This document shows, piece after piece, positions 1 to 12,027 of a stretch of DNA of 64,000 nt. Source of the stretch: Octopus vulgaris (Eukaryota); the NCBI GenBank assembly GCA_951406725.2, contig OX597840.1, positions 39,494,001 through 39,558,000 of the forward strand, written 5' to 3'. The notes under the pieces were generated by a model, which saw nothing but the letters and a program-made list of their open reading frames with translations, ran no database searches and was not told the DNA's origin. Each line of letters opens with the position of its first letter. The stretch's first letter is position 1. Both the position numbers and the translations under genes were made by a program.

Positions 1-47
1 TCGACCGCGGCTCCGCTGCTCTAGCCACTAGGCCATGTGCATCCACA
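1..47 (-). mobile_element. 5' head of a tRNA-derived SINE (family C-like), cut by the window edge
   Basis: Reverse complement gtggatgcacatggcctagtggctagagcagcgg has an A box and resembles the heads at 29948 and 34907. Confidence 0.7.
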
Positions 48-80
48 CAATCGTAGATACATATATACATACATACATAC

Positions 81-117
<37 letters not shown>

Positions 118-347
118 CTTTATTTTAAGCAGCAGAAAATTCAACAAAATCTGTTACTCTGAGTTATATATATATCTGTTACTCTGAGTTTCTCGTTGCC
201 GTTCATCGTTGCCGATGAACGGCAACGAGAAACTCAGAGTAACAGATTTTGTTGAATTTTCTGCTGCTTAAAATAAAGCATATTACTCTACCACTGGTAT
301 TTGAGTACTCTTTTTTCCACCTTGTTTCACATTTATGTGTTTACTCC

Positions 348-348
<1 letters not shown>
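118..348 (+). mobile_element. Penelope-like pseudo-LTR end with fold-back and HHR-like core
   Basis: Hairpin centred 209-212; 118-166 is the inverted copy of 230-278; CCGATGA-acggcaacga-GAAACtcagaGTA at 212-241; AATAAA at ~273; flanked by (TA)n. Confidence 0.65.
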
Positions 349-437
<89 letters not shown>

Positions 438-455
438 TTGTATGTATGTATATCC

Positions 456-811
456 TATTTGTTTCACCGCATTTAGCCAAAACAGTTGACGCCAGGATTT
501 ATTCTTTGTAAGCCTAGTACTTATTCGACTGCGCTTTTTTTTTGCCGAACCGCTCATGACAGTGATGAAAACACACCAACATCGGTTGTCAATAGATGGA
601 TGAGGGGACAAATACACACACACACACATACACACATATTTATAGATATATACGACAGGTTTCTTTCAGTTTCTGTCTACCAAATACATTCACAAGGCTT
701 TGGTCGACCCGAGTCTATAGTAGAATACACTTGCCCAAGGTGCCACGCAGTGAGATTGAACCTGGGAACATGTGTTTGGTAAGCAAGCTACTTACCACAC
801 AGCCACTTCTG
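456..811 (-). mobile_element. tRNA-derived SINE family A (CORE-like body, internal microsatellite)
   Basis: Matches the near-complete copies at 2136, 31104 and 43022. Confidence 0.85.
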
Positions 812-1176
812 TATATAGAAAATATATACACACATATACCTAAGTATATGTGTGCATGTGTCTGTGTATACATATATATATGTGTTTGTGTTGTGTGCGT
901 GTATAGACAATGCGACCTCAGTAAGCCAGATGCACCAGTGATAAGAATAAATAAGATGATACTTCGATGTATATAAATATATAAAACTATGCGAAGAACA
1001 TCTTCAAAATTACACAAACACAGAAACCTTGCACGCACACACAAGCACGCATGATTCCAACCAGTCATGTATATATACACATACACAAACACACTCACAC
1101 ACACATATGTACATACAACACATACATATATACATAATAATTATAATTATGTGTATATAACCATATGTATGCATAA

Positions 1177-1207
<31 letters not shown>

Positions 1208-1225
1208 TATACATATATATTGATA

Positions 1226-1266
<41 letters not shown>

Positions 1267-1352
1267 GGAGAGATAGATAGATATAGATATATACACACAT
1301 AAATATATGTGTGTGTTTGTGTGTGCATGCATGCGTGTATGCATGTATGTGT

Positions 1353-1410
<58 letters not shown>

Positions 1411-1648
1411 ATATACATATATATATATTTATATATACATATATATATATATATTTATAAATATATACACACACATATATATATATTAATATTACAAATA
1501 TCTTTGACTGTATCTGTACATACGTGTGTCTGTGTCCTTATATTTATTATATATATATATATATATGTTTGTGTGTGTGTGTGTGTGTGTATGAATGCAG
1601 TAACATATACTTAAAACATTTCATTTAAAATTGTCCTCTTCGAATACA

Positions 1649-1686
<38 letters not shown>

Positions 1687-2000
1687 CAAAGCATTAAATT
1701 CTTGCTGTGAAACGAAACTCGAGGGTATTTATTTTTAAAACTATAAATTTATTTTCGTTACATCAAAGTTTAAATTATTCCTGCTGTGATGGTCTCTTCG
1801 TAATTTTCGAAAACTAGTGGAAAGGTCGGATAGATTCTAGTAAACAACCATGTCTTTTATTAGTTTAGTAATTCCTGCCTCGCTTGTACTTCCTCCCTGG
1901 GTGTTGATTTACCGGTATCTCTTATTCCGAAGCACACATAAGAACACTCTATCTCTTGATATTTCTCTCTGTGGCAGCTTTTGCTTCTACTTATTGCTGG

Positions 2001-2084
2001 CGAAGAATTCCGCAACGAAGAATTCCGCAACGAAGAATTCCGCAACGAAGAATTCTGCAACGAAGAATTCCGCGGAAGAACTTC
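2001..2084. repeat. 15-bp tandem repeat (CGAAGAATTCCGCAA) x ~5
   Basis: Directly visible; source of the KNSAT/RNSSL repeat ORFs. Confidence 0.9.
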
Positions 2085-2135
2085 GTCTGAGATTGTCTGT
2101 CCTTGCTGTCTCTAAATTCAGTTTTTTTTTTTTTT

Positions 2136-2530
2136 ATACTTGCTTCAGTCATTTAACTGCGGCCATGCAGGAGCACCGCCTTTAGTCGAGTAAATCGACC
2201 CCGGGACTTATTCTTTGTAAGCCCAGTACTTATTCTATCGGTCTCTTTTTTGCCGAACCGCTAAGTAACGGGGACGTAAACACACCAGCATCGGTTGTCA
2301 AGCAATGCTAGGGGGACAAACACAGACACACAAACACACATACATATATTTATATATATATACTTATATACGACAGGCTTCTTTCAGTTTCCGTCTACCA
2401 AATCCACTCACAAGGCATTGGTCGGCCCGGGGCTATAGTAGAAGACACCTGCCCAAGATGCCACGCAGTGGGACTGAACCAGGAACAATGTGGTTGGTTA
2501 GCAAGCTACTTACCACACAGCCACTCCTGC
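2136..2530 (-). mobile_element. SINE family A, full length
   Basis: Head gcaggagtggctgtgtggtaag...ggttcagtccc; tail ggtgctcctgcatggccgcagtt...actgaagc. Confidence 0.9.
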
Positions 2531-3004
2531 TCCTAGTTCTTTCGTCCTAGCATCATTTTGTGGCTTGTTCACACTGAGACGCATCCTGATTCTTATATTT
2601 CCGGAGTCTGTAGGACTAAATATCTCGTAACATTTTACGCATTAACCGATCAAGTCCCATTGTCCTATAAATAGGACACTAAATGAGAATATTAAATAAG
2701 CTATATCACATTGTCTCTGTGTCCTATTTATAGGACACAGAGTATTTCCATTTCTACTTGAAGTAAAAGAGTCTTAATAATTTTTTTTCATTTTAAACTA
2801 TTTCTTTCGATTTTTCATTTCATCCTTTCAGAGTCGATAAATTAAGTACCAGTTGTGGTGGGGGTCGATCAAATCGATTGCCTCACCACCCCAAAAATTT
2901 CGGGCCTTTTGCCTACAGTAGGAAAGGATATTCTTTAATAGTCGGAGAAAGACGGTTCTGCTATTTCTGGCTGAACAACCGGTATAAATAATTTGTTTAT
3001 ATTC

Positions 3005-3390
3005 TTTTCTACACTAGGCAGAATGCCCAAAATTTTAGTGGAGTGAGACCAGTCGATTAGTACATAATTGGTACATAATTTATCGACCCCGAGAGGATGA
3101 AAGGCAAAGTCAACCTCCGCGGAATTTGAACTCAGAAAGTAAAGACAGACGAAATACCTATTTGTTTACTACCCACAAGGGGCTAAACACAGAGAGGACA
3201 AACAAGGACAGATAAAGGGATTAAGTCGATTACATCCACCACAGTGCGTAACTGGTACTTAATTTATCTACCCCGAAAGGATGAAATGCAAAGTCGACCT
3301 TGGCAGAATTTGAACTCAGAACGTAAAGACAGACGAAATACTGCTCTGCATTTCACCCGGCGTGCTAACAATTCTGCCACTCGCTACCTT
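3005..3390 (-). mobile_element. SINE family B, dimeric body
   Basis: Two copies of the ~180-bp unit ttctgagttcaaattc...gtcgactttgcctttcatcc; matches 48234, 59121, 61980. Confidence 0.85.
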
Positions 3391-3535
3391 TAGATATGTT
3401 CAATGTTGATAAAATGTATTTCATGTTATGTTATGTACATTCGCTCAGTTGCTCCATGAAATTGATTTCGTCTCAATAGATGCAAGCTGTAGTACAGTTG
3501 TGTATCAAAGAGATCGCTAGACAACGTGAGATGAA

Positions 3536-3939
3536 CTTTATTTACATTATTTACATTCGACGGATATTTGTCCTCATCTTTTTTGTTGTTAACACAACGT
3601 TTCGGCTGATATATTCTATGGCTGATATACCCTACGGCTGATATACTCTACGACATATGCCCGTGGGCATATGGCGTAGTGGGTAAGAGCGCGGACTACT
3701 AACACCAAGATTCTGAGTTCGATTCTAAGCAATGACCTGAACAACAACAATAATAATAATAACAATAATAGTGACATCGAAGAATACCTTAGGAATGAGA
3801 ACCCAGGTTCGAAATTTTTCCAAGACACCTGAAGAAGGCAGGAGTGTATATCAGCCGAAACGTTGTGTTGTTAACAAACAAGATGAGGGCAAATATCCGT
3901 CAAATGTAAATAATTCCTCATCTCTTAAATATAGAACTG
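3536..3939 (+). mobile_element. tRNA-headed, hammerhead-tailed retroposon with an inverted 5' copy of its tail
   Basis: 13-bp TSD aacgtgagatgaa (3523-3535, 3940-3952); A box TGGCGTAGTGG and B box GAGTTCGATTC in 3665-3737; HHR core 3824-3869; 3544-3613 is the inverted copy of the tail. Confidence 0.75.
3824..3869 (+). ncRNA. Minimal type-I hammerhead ribozyme motif
   Basis: gacac-CTGAAGA-a-ggc...gcc-GAAACGTT-gtgtt; stem I gacac/gtgtt; stem III reduced to the palindrome AACGTT. Confidence 0.65.
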
Positions 3940-4433
3940 AACGTGAGATGAAGTTTTTCTAGAACACAACGCACCACCCGGTCCAGGATTTGAAACCGCA
4001 ATCTCGCGATCGTGAATGCGACGCCCTAACCACGAGGCCATGGTGAGAAAGATCAAACGTAATTTACAATTGGGACATTGTTATTTTACATTTTGTTATT
4101 TTTGCTTTGATTGAAGAATAGAATTTAAATTGTGAATAAATTTAATTTTAGGCAAGATAATATATTAAATCAATTTCAAAATTTCAAAGACAAAATACGA
4201 GGAAGAGAGTTTAATAGAAACGAAGTAAATGTCAGAGCAATTTTCAAAACTTATGAGAAGTCAGAACCAAGGTGATCTCTGCTTCTTCAATTATTTTGCA
4301 ACACACACATGGAGAAGAAGTAACATAAGGAGCGCAAAAATACGAGGTTATTTTATTGCATCGGAGAAAGAAAGCCATATTTTCACAACATACATGTCTA
4401 TGCGTTTGCATCTCTTACCCCACCCTCTTGCTC

Positions 4434-4500
<67 letters not shown>

Positions 4501-4596
4501 GGAGATAAATTGAATATTAATTTAATTAACATCAAATTAAAACCAGTAGCCTAGCATACAAAAATCTGAAAAATCAGAGAAAATTCTAATATATGT

Positions 4597-4751
4597 ATAT
4601 ATTTAGAGGGTAAGCCACTATGTGGTCGGACGTATGCTAGAAGTAGATCACCTATGATCAAACTACAAAGAAAAGAAAATTCTTTTCTTTGTAGTTTGAT
4701 CATAGGTGATCTACTTCTAGCATACGGCCGACCACATAGTGGCTTACCCTC

Positions 4752-4760
<9 letters not shown>
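4597..4760. repeat. Near-perfect palindrome (~81-bp arms) between (TA)n tracts
   Basis: atttagagggtaagccact...aaagaaaagaa / ttcttttcttt...agtggcttaccctctaaat; one visible mismatch; centre 4678-4679. Confidence 0.9.
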
Positions 4761-4839
<79 letters not shown>

Positions 4840-4840
<1 letters not shown>

Positions 4841-5009
4841 AATATTAGGGAATAAATCCAATTTTTACAGGGAAAAAATCAGATTTATGATTAAATCCAA
4901 TTTTATAGTAAAATATTATATTATTTCTTTATTTCTTTATATTAAAAATTTTTATGTATTGATTAAGTCTTTCCTTGTTTGTTTTGCAAAATAGTGGTTT
5001 TGTCTCGAA

Positions 5010-5020
<11 letters not shown>
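4840..5020. mobile_element. Penelope-like terminal repeat fragment with internal inversion
   Basis: Shares gggaataaatccaa...aatccaattttatagtaaaatatt with 40250 and 63614; the right part is the inverted aagtctttccttgtt segment. Confidence 0.6.
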
Positions 5021-5107
<87 letters not shown>

Positions 5108-5108
<1 letters not shown>

Positions 5109-5540
5109 GAGAAATTAAGGCCAACAGACCAGATATAGTTGTCAGAGATCATGAAGAAAAAAATGCTTTCTAATTGATGTATCAATACCGGCAGATGACA
5201 ACGTGTCTCTAAAAGAAATGGAGAAACTCTCAAAATACAAAGACCTGGAAATAGAGGTAACTAGAATGTGGAACCTGAAAACAGAAACAATTCCTATCAT
5301 AGTAGGTGCATTAGGCATGATAAAAAAATATTCAGACAAATACATAACAAAAACACCAGGACTTACAAACACATATAACATACAGAAAATTGCACTACTA
5401 GGCACTGCACACATCCTACGCAGAACACTTTCCATACAATAACCATCAGAGCATCACAACAAATCACAGCACATACCCAAGGCACACAGAGCTGCGCTCG
5501 GTAGTGAAGTGAAAGCACGCTATAAAAATAAAACTACTGA
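5108..5540 (+). mobile_element. R4/Dong-clade non-LTR retrotransposon 3' end (restriction-like endonuclease domain), frameshifted
   Basis: ANRPDIVVRD..LIDVSIP..KEMEKLSKYKDLEIEV..PIIVGALG..LGTAHILRRTL; (TAA)n on both sides. Confidence 0.85.
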
Positions 5541-5560
5541 ATAATAATAATAATAATAAT

Positions 5561-5688
5561 TGCACTACTAGGCACTGCACACATCCTACGCAGAACACTT
5601 TCCATACAATAACCATCAGAGCATCACAACAAATCACAGCACATACCCAAGGCACACAGAGCTGTGCTCGGTAGTGAAGTGAAAGCAC

Positions 5689-5689
<1 letters not shown>
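5561..5689 (+). mobile_element. Second, severely 5'-truncated copy of the same R4/Dong element
   Basis: Near-identical to 5390-5519; flanked by (TAA)n. Confidence 0.85.
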
Positions 5690-5747
<58 letters not shown>

Positions 5748-5975
5748 TTAGGGAGTAAATCCAGACTTACAGGGAAAAATTAGATTTAATCCTAAATATA
5801 ATTTTACAGTATAAATATATATATTAACTTAGATATAAAAATTTATAAGCATAAATTAATAATTTTTAAAATTTTACATTTTAACTTTAAATTTAAATAA
5901 TTTAAATTTTGAATTTTATATTTTATATATTTTCCTCCAAACACTGTCAAAGAGCGTAGGCTTGAAACGTCAAAA
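5748..5975. mobile_element. Penelope-like terminal fragment with a degenerate HHR core
   Basis: Start resembles 4840; CTGTCAA-a-gagc-gtag-gctt-GAAACGTC at ~5944-5971. Confidence 0.45.
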
Positions 5976-6356
5976 ACTGGATAAGGCGCTGGATTTTTAC
6001 GCCTTGGTTTAGGGTTCGATCCCCAACGAGAGCGGACACAAACTAAAAATTTCGCTGCAGAAAGAGAGCAATTTGAAACTCGGGCAGTGCACCGAGACTT
6101 GCCGCATGCACGAGGTGATCTGTGCTCAACGCACAAAGCAGAGCCACTTACAACATTACTATCTTCCTTCTCTCATTTGTCTTCACACTCACAACATATT
6201 TAAGCTTTCGTCTGTGGATCCCGCCTAAGAGATTCAATCCACTGCTCCCCCAACGCAGATAAAAAATAGAGATAAGCTAGATTAAAAATGTATTCAGATG
6301 TAGGAACAAAAAATTTACCTCTTCTGATTCTCCCGAGTTGGATCCCAAGGAAATAT

Positions 6357-6791
6357 CGGATCTTTTTGGTTTGAACGGCATTTTTTTCTAGTGGTCTCAT
6401 ATGAAATTGTCACCCATAATTATCACACTAGTATCGATCTATTGCATTTCAATCTAATTTAGCGTTAAGCTTAGAGTTAAGGTTAGGGTTAGGAGTGGGG
6501 AAAGGGTATCTTTTTTTATTCAGAAATGTAAATAAACCCAATCTGTTTCTTAAACGAGGGACATATTCATATGGAGCATAATGTTTTCACCCCAATAGAC
6601 GGTCAGTGATTGGTTGAAATTGCAGAGATTGAAGAAAAAAACAACAAATATCTTACAAACTATAGAATTTTCTCAATAAAACCAAAAGAAAAAGATGTTT
6701 TATAAACACATTCTACCAGTATACGAAGTTTAAATTTTGTTAGTTACGTGGATATTATGTTAAAAACTGCCGTTCAAACCGAAAAGATCCG
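6357..6791. mobile_element. MITE with ~24-bp TIRs and internal degenerate telomere-like repeats
   Basis: cggatctttttggtttgaacggca / tgccgttcaaaccgaaaagatccg; flanking duplication aaatat (or gaaatatc); ttaggg-like hexamers at 6459-6494. Confidence 0.85.
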
Positions 6792-7574
6792 AAATATCTT
6801 GTGAGGAAGTGGAGGCTAGTGTGGTCAAATCCACTTCCTGCTGTTGTTGAATCTGTATCTGTAATATTTCTACCTTAGATACAACTCTCTAAATTCTCAT
6901 TTTCTTGGTTTCTGCTTCCACCTAGCGGTAAATTGTTAATGCACTTTTTTCTTTGCAATTAATTTTACCATCTTTGCAACAAGTTGCCGCATTTCTTTTA
7001 GGCTGTTCAGCCCGGGTATCATTCAGGAAACCAGCAGTAAATGTTTGGATCTCTTTCAAGAGTGCATGAAGCTTCTTACGCTTCTAGTGATTTTCAACGA
7101 GGTTTAGCATCCAGTCGTGACTTGTTCAATATATTTGGCCAGCTTTATCCAAAGACCTGAGCTGGACAGAGACCCTGGGTTCTATTTCGGCTTTCTGATC
7201 TCTTAAGCATTCCCTGTTTTCTAGTGGAGCCTGGATTATTAAAGTATATTAAACAGCGGATTTAAAATAAGAGATAAAATAATGGAAAACTTAATGATTT
7301 ATTTTTTATACCAGAAGGGAAAAGTAGATTACAGGAGGAAAATGCTTATATTTTCCATTTACATCAACAGGATTTTATTCTATTGAAAAGGCGAATAAAC
7401 AAACTAAATAAGATTAGCTACAAGCTTCTTACTGGAACGACTCGTGCATATTATGTGCTGAACTTGACAGTTTTCTCTCTAGAACTTCACAGCATTGTCA
7501 TCACAGGGACGAACAATTAGCTTACAGGTTCAAGCAGAAATGTCAAAAATTGTATCCCGCTATTCCTCTATATG

Positions 7575-8062
7575 GTTAATGATGTATCCTTCCATGTGCA
7601 TTTTGCTAAGTTGGCAATGAAATGCAAGCGGCTGACCGGATGTATTCTCAGAACTTTTTAAACGAGAGATCAGGAAACCATGATGATCCTCTGCAAGACA
7701 TTTGTCCTCAGCCGCCTTGACTGTTGTTCCTAGCATGGTCACGAACCAGTGTCAAATTAATCTCATAACTTGAGGCAATTCAACGAAGCTACACGAAGAA
7801 GATAGCGTCTATGCAGCATACAAGGTACTGAGAAGCACTGGAGAGATTGACATTTTATTCTCTGGATTCTAAGCGAGAAAGATATGCCGTAATATACATA
7901 TGGAAGATCCTGGAAGGACTTTTTCGAAACATTGGCAATGAGAGTTACACTAACGCTAGAATAGGGTGCCATAGCATAGTGCCAAAGACACCAACTTTGC
8001 CATCAAAATATAGGATAAGATATGTCAATAGCCTGGGCTTTAAATTCCCATATGTCTTCAAT
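7575..8062 (+). pseudogene. Decayed CR1/L2-group LINE ORF2 C-terminal fragment
   Basis: KRERYAVIYIWKILEGL and IGCHSIVPKTPTLPSKYRIRYVNSLGFK align with ORF 35225..36037. Confidence 0.85.
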
Positions 8063-8317
8063 ATATATACATAACTAGTGTTTATGAAGTTTCCAATAGA
8101 AAGAGGCTGCTTTTTCTCAGGGTTTAAATTCATAATACAATTGTAATTGTTAAAATATGAATGAAGGTGAAAAATTGAAACGTGTGTAGGCGTCTTGAAA
8201 TTGACTATTATGTAAATAAATTCATTTCTGTGTTCACACTCACCATTTTCTTTCCTGTGAACTAAACCCCTATATTTTGTATATATATATATATATATAT
8301 TCTTTTCTTTTGGTCAT

Positions 8318-8588
8318 TTACTTGTTGCAGTCATTTGACTGCGGTCATGTCGGAACACCACATTTACTGAAACAAATTGACCCCCCAACTGAATATTTGT
8401 AAGCCTTGTACTTAATCTATCGGACTTTATTGCTGAGCTGCTAAGTTACGGGGACATAAGCACACCAGCATCGGTTGTCAAGCTGTGTTCGGGGGACAAA
8501 CACATACTCACAAATATATATATGCCATGGGTCTAAACCTTGAATCATGTTGTTGGGAAGCAAGGTACTTAACACACAGGCACTTCTG
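8318..8588 (-). mobile_element. SINE family A, degraded and internally deleted
   Basis: cagtcatttgactgcggtcatg and gctaagttacggggacataagcacaccagcatcggttgtcaag. Confidence 0.75.
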
Positions 8589-8850
8589 TACGTAATAGAT
8601 TATCCAGGAGAGTACTGCAATAGCTCTGAGGTATATTCCCGGTTTCTACGGAACCTCATCATGTGGTAATAGACATCAATAAGCATTTAGTATGAACAAT
8701 TGCGCTGTAATTCTTCTGATTGATAAATCCGGGTTGGCTTATCTGGATACACGAGTCGGTTATTTTAATTATGATGTATGATCAACTGTTAAATTAAAAG
8801 ACAAAACAAACGATGTATTCTTTATAATTGTTTGGTTTGTGTGTGTGTGT

Positions 8851-9019
<169 letters not shown>

Positions 9020-9548
9020 TAGATAGGTAGATAGATGAACAGTACTATACAAACATTGTTTTCCGGGTGTATGATTAGAGGTGAAACCTACCCGGAATGT
9101 TTTGGGGATTATCATAACCAGTTGCTATGGATTTCAAACGATAAAAATATATCTCCACACATGAATAATTATAGATGAAAATACATATATATATTCATAC
9201 AGAAATATACAGTACGTAAATAATATATATATATATATATGTGCGTGTGTGTATATTATATATCTGAGCATACATATAACAATTCATAATATTGCGAGTG
9301 TGTGTGTATCTTTGTTGTAAGCGTGCGTGTGCAAACGTTTGTGTGTGTGTATGTGTGTGTATGTGTGTGTGTGTGTGAGGGTGTGTGTGGGGGGTGGGTG
9401 GGGGGTGTTAATCCGCCTCGATGAGTCTGAAGAACCAATGTTGTTTCACTAATTTCAACGCTACCATATTATTTATTCCAAAGCCGAGATATCGATTATG
9501 CGCTCAAGGTTCAAAGAGGTATGTAATTTGATACGCATTAAAGATTAT

Positions 9549-9579
<31 letters not shown>

Positions 9580-10193
9580 CACACACACACATATGTATAT
9601 ACATGCACACATACATACATATATAACATCAATATATGTATTATATCTTATTTATATACAGATTATACTTTATATGTAAATATATATATATATATATATC
9701 CACATATAATATATATGTATATAAACATATATATATATACATGAGTGTATGTATGTATGTATGTATATTCTCGTGTGTCACAGCTTTTCCAATTTATCTC
9801 ATCTCCTATCGATGAAATCATATCAAAGCCGGCTTTATTGGATGGCTATCTCGTTCCAAGCCTGCCCCGCTCTCACCTTAACCCCACCACCACCACCATG
9901 AATCAATGGCTGTACGATTTTACACGCTATCGTTGACATATCGAGTGATCCTTATTTCTATTTAATGAAGTAATTCGTTCTTTATCCTTCCACATCAATA
10001 TCTTTATCTACACACACACACACACACATATATATACACACACACACACACGGCTACATCTTGCCACAACATCTTATACAGATACATATATATATATACA
10101 TACATATATATATATATACATATATATATTATATATATATGTGTAAATATATACGCATATATATACATATATATGTGTAAATATATATATATA

Positions 10194-10240
<47 letters not shown>

Positions 10241-10249
10241 ATATATATG

Positions 10250-10303
<54 letters not shown>

Positions 10304-10334
10304 CATATATATATATACATATTATGTATATATG

Positions 10335-10433
<99 letters not shown>

Positions 10434-11917
10434 TCAAATATATACACACACGCATTTATTAATGCACGCGCACAGGTATATATATTTTATATTAAGTTTA
10501 GCTTATGTTTTATCGTGATTTTTAATATCCTATCGTTTTGAATACTTCGAGATGACTTGTATTTGTTTAATTTTTTTATATATATATTTTTGTTGGTGTT
10601 GTTGTTGTTTGTTTAGCCCCAGGTTGTTCATTAAACCGCAGAAATATAGCCATAGATATTCCAATCAAGGCCACCGGTGTCCGTTTGTGCATTTGACAAT
10701 GACGGCATATCCTGTGTATCCTCTCTAGTGTGAAGCGTGTAGATCGTTTTAATACGCGTGTTATCTGGCTGCTATTTCTAGCCTTTCAATTGATCTACTA
10801 GAATTCGTTTGATGGGTTTGCTGTTGAGCGAACCGTTTCACGCTATATTACAGATACTGATTGTATCTCCTTCCACCCATGATGGTTCGGTCCTCAGGTT
10901 AGGTTGACCTGCGAAGCTTCAAACTCCAAACACCTGAAATGACAGGTAAATGACAAAATACCCCACCATCCCGCACCTGCTTAACGATTTTCATTACCTT
11001 ACCTTTTTGAAAAAGTGATAGAATTATGCGAATGAATGCAGACCCGTTTTTATCTTTTATTTATTACTTTCACTAGAGTGCGGCTATGCAGGGGCCTTCA
11101 AGAGTTTTTAGTCGAATGAATCGGTCACCGGACATGTTTAAGCCAAGCACTTATTCTATAATCCTCCCTTGAGGAAGTGCTTAGTTACGAGGACCTAAAA
11201 AATACAGCACCGACTCTCAAACACACACACACACACACATACACACACATGTATATAAGATAATACTTTCTTGGAAATGGCTGCGTGGCGTTCGATCATA
11301 TAGTAATATAAATAATATATGTATATATGCATATATACATACATATGTACCTTTCTCTCTCTCTCTCCCTCAATTTTCCTCCTTCATTCTCGTTGCCCAC
11401 AAGTGACCAGCGGCTATCGTTCTTTGTTTCCTCTCGCTTTACAAGGGATTAGGCCTACCTTTGCCTGTCTCTTGCCATAGCTCCTTTCTCCAGATTCACC
11501 ATTTCACCTCGTTATGGCTTAACAATCCTCACCGGTTACTTTTACTGTTTTGTTCTTACGGTCCCGCTTTTTTACCACTTCAACCCTCTGCAAAAATACC
11601 AAATTTTATTTAACTTGCTTTGCGGGAAGGACTGTTTAAACGCAATCGCGCCTTGACTCGACTTTCGAAACGGGGAGTAAATAAAACAGGGGACAGCTGA
11701 TGGAGGGATCGTTCCTTATGCTGCCTGTCTCGTTTCTCTATTTGTTTCTTCCATTGTCGGAAAAAAAAACGTTCGTTTGCCAAGTTTTTGTTTTTTACAT
11801 TCTCGTTTTTCAATTTGTTCAAGTTTTTTGACGTCCTCTAACCATATATGCATGTATATATACATATATATGTAGGTATGTACATGTATGTATGTATGCA
11901 TATAAACATATATTACT

Positions 11918-12006
<89 letters not shown>

Positions 12007-12027
12007 CATACATATATATACATACAA

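Larger units (their letters stand above)
3480..4042 (-). mobile_element. Old tRNA-derived SINE interrupted by a nested insertion
   Basis: Minus-strand head catggcctcgtggttagggcg...ggtttcaaatcc at 3980-4042; its body continues across the 3536-3939 insert. Confidence 0.65.

Noticed and set aside
2001-2084. CRISPR-like repeat array
   Set aside because: Direct 15-bp tandem with no spacers, in eukaryotic DNA
6459-6494. Telomere or chromosome-fusion relic
   Set aside because: Only ~6 degenerate units, located inside a TIR-bounded MITE
6830-7240. Coding-like minus-strand stretch
   Set aside because: Stops in the frame I read and no long ORF in the track; no motif recognised
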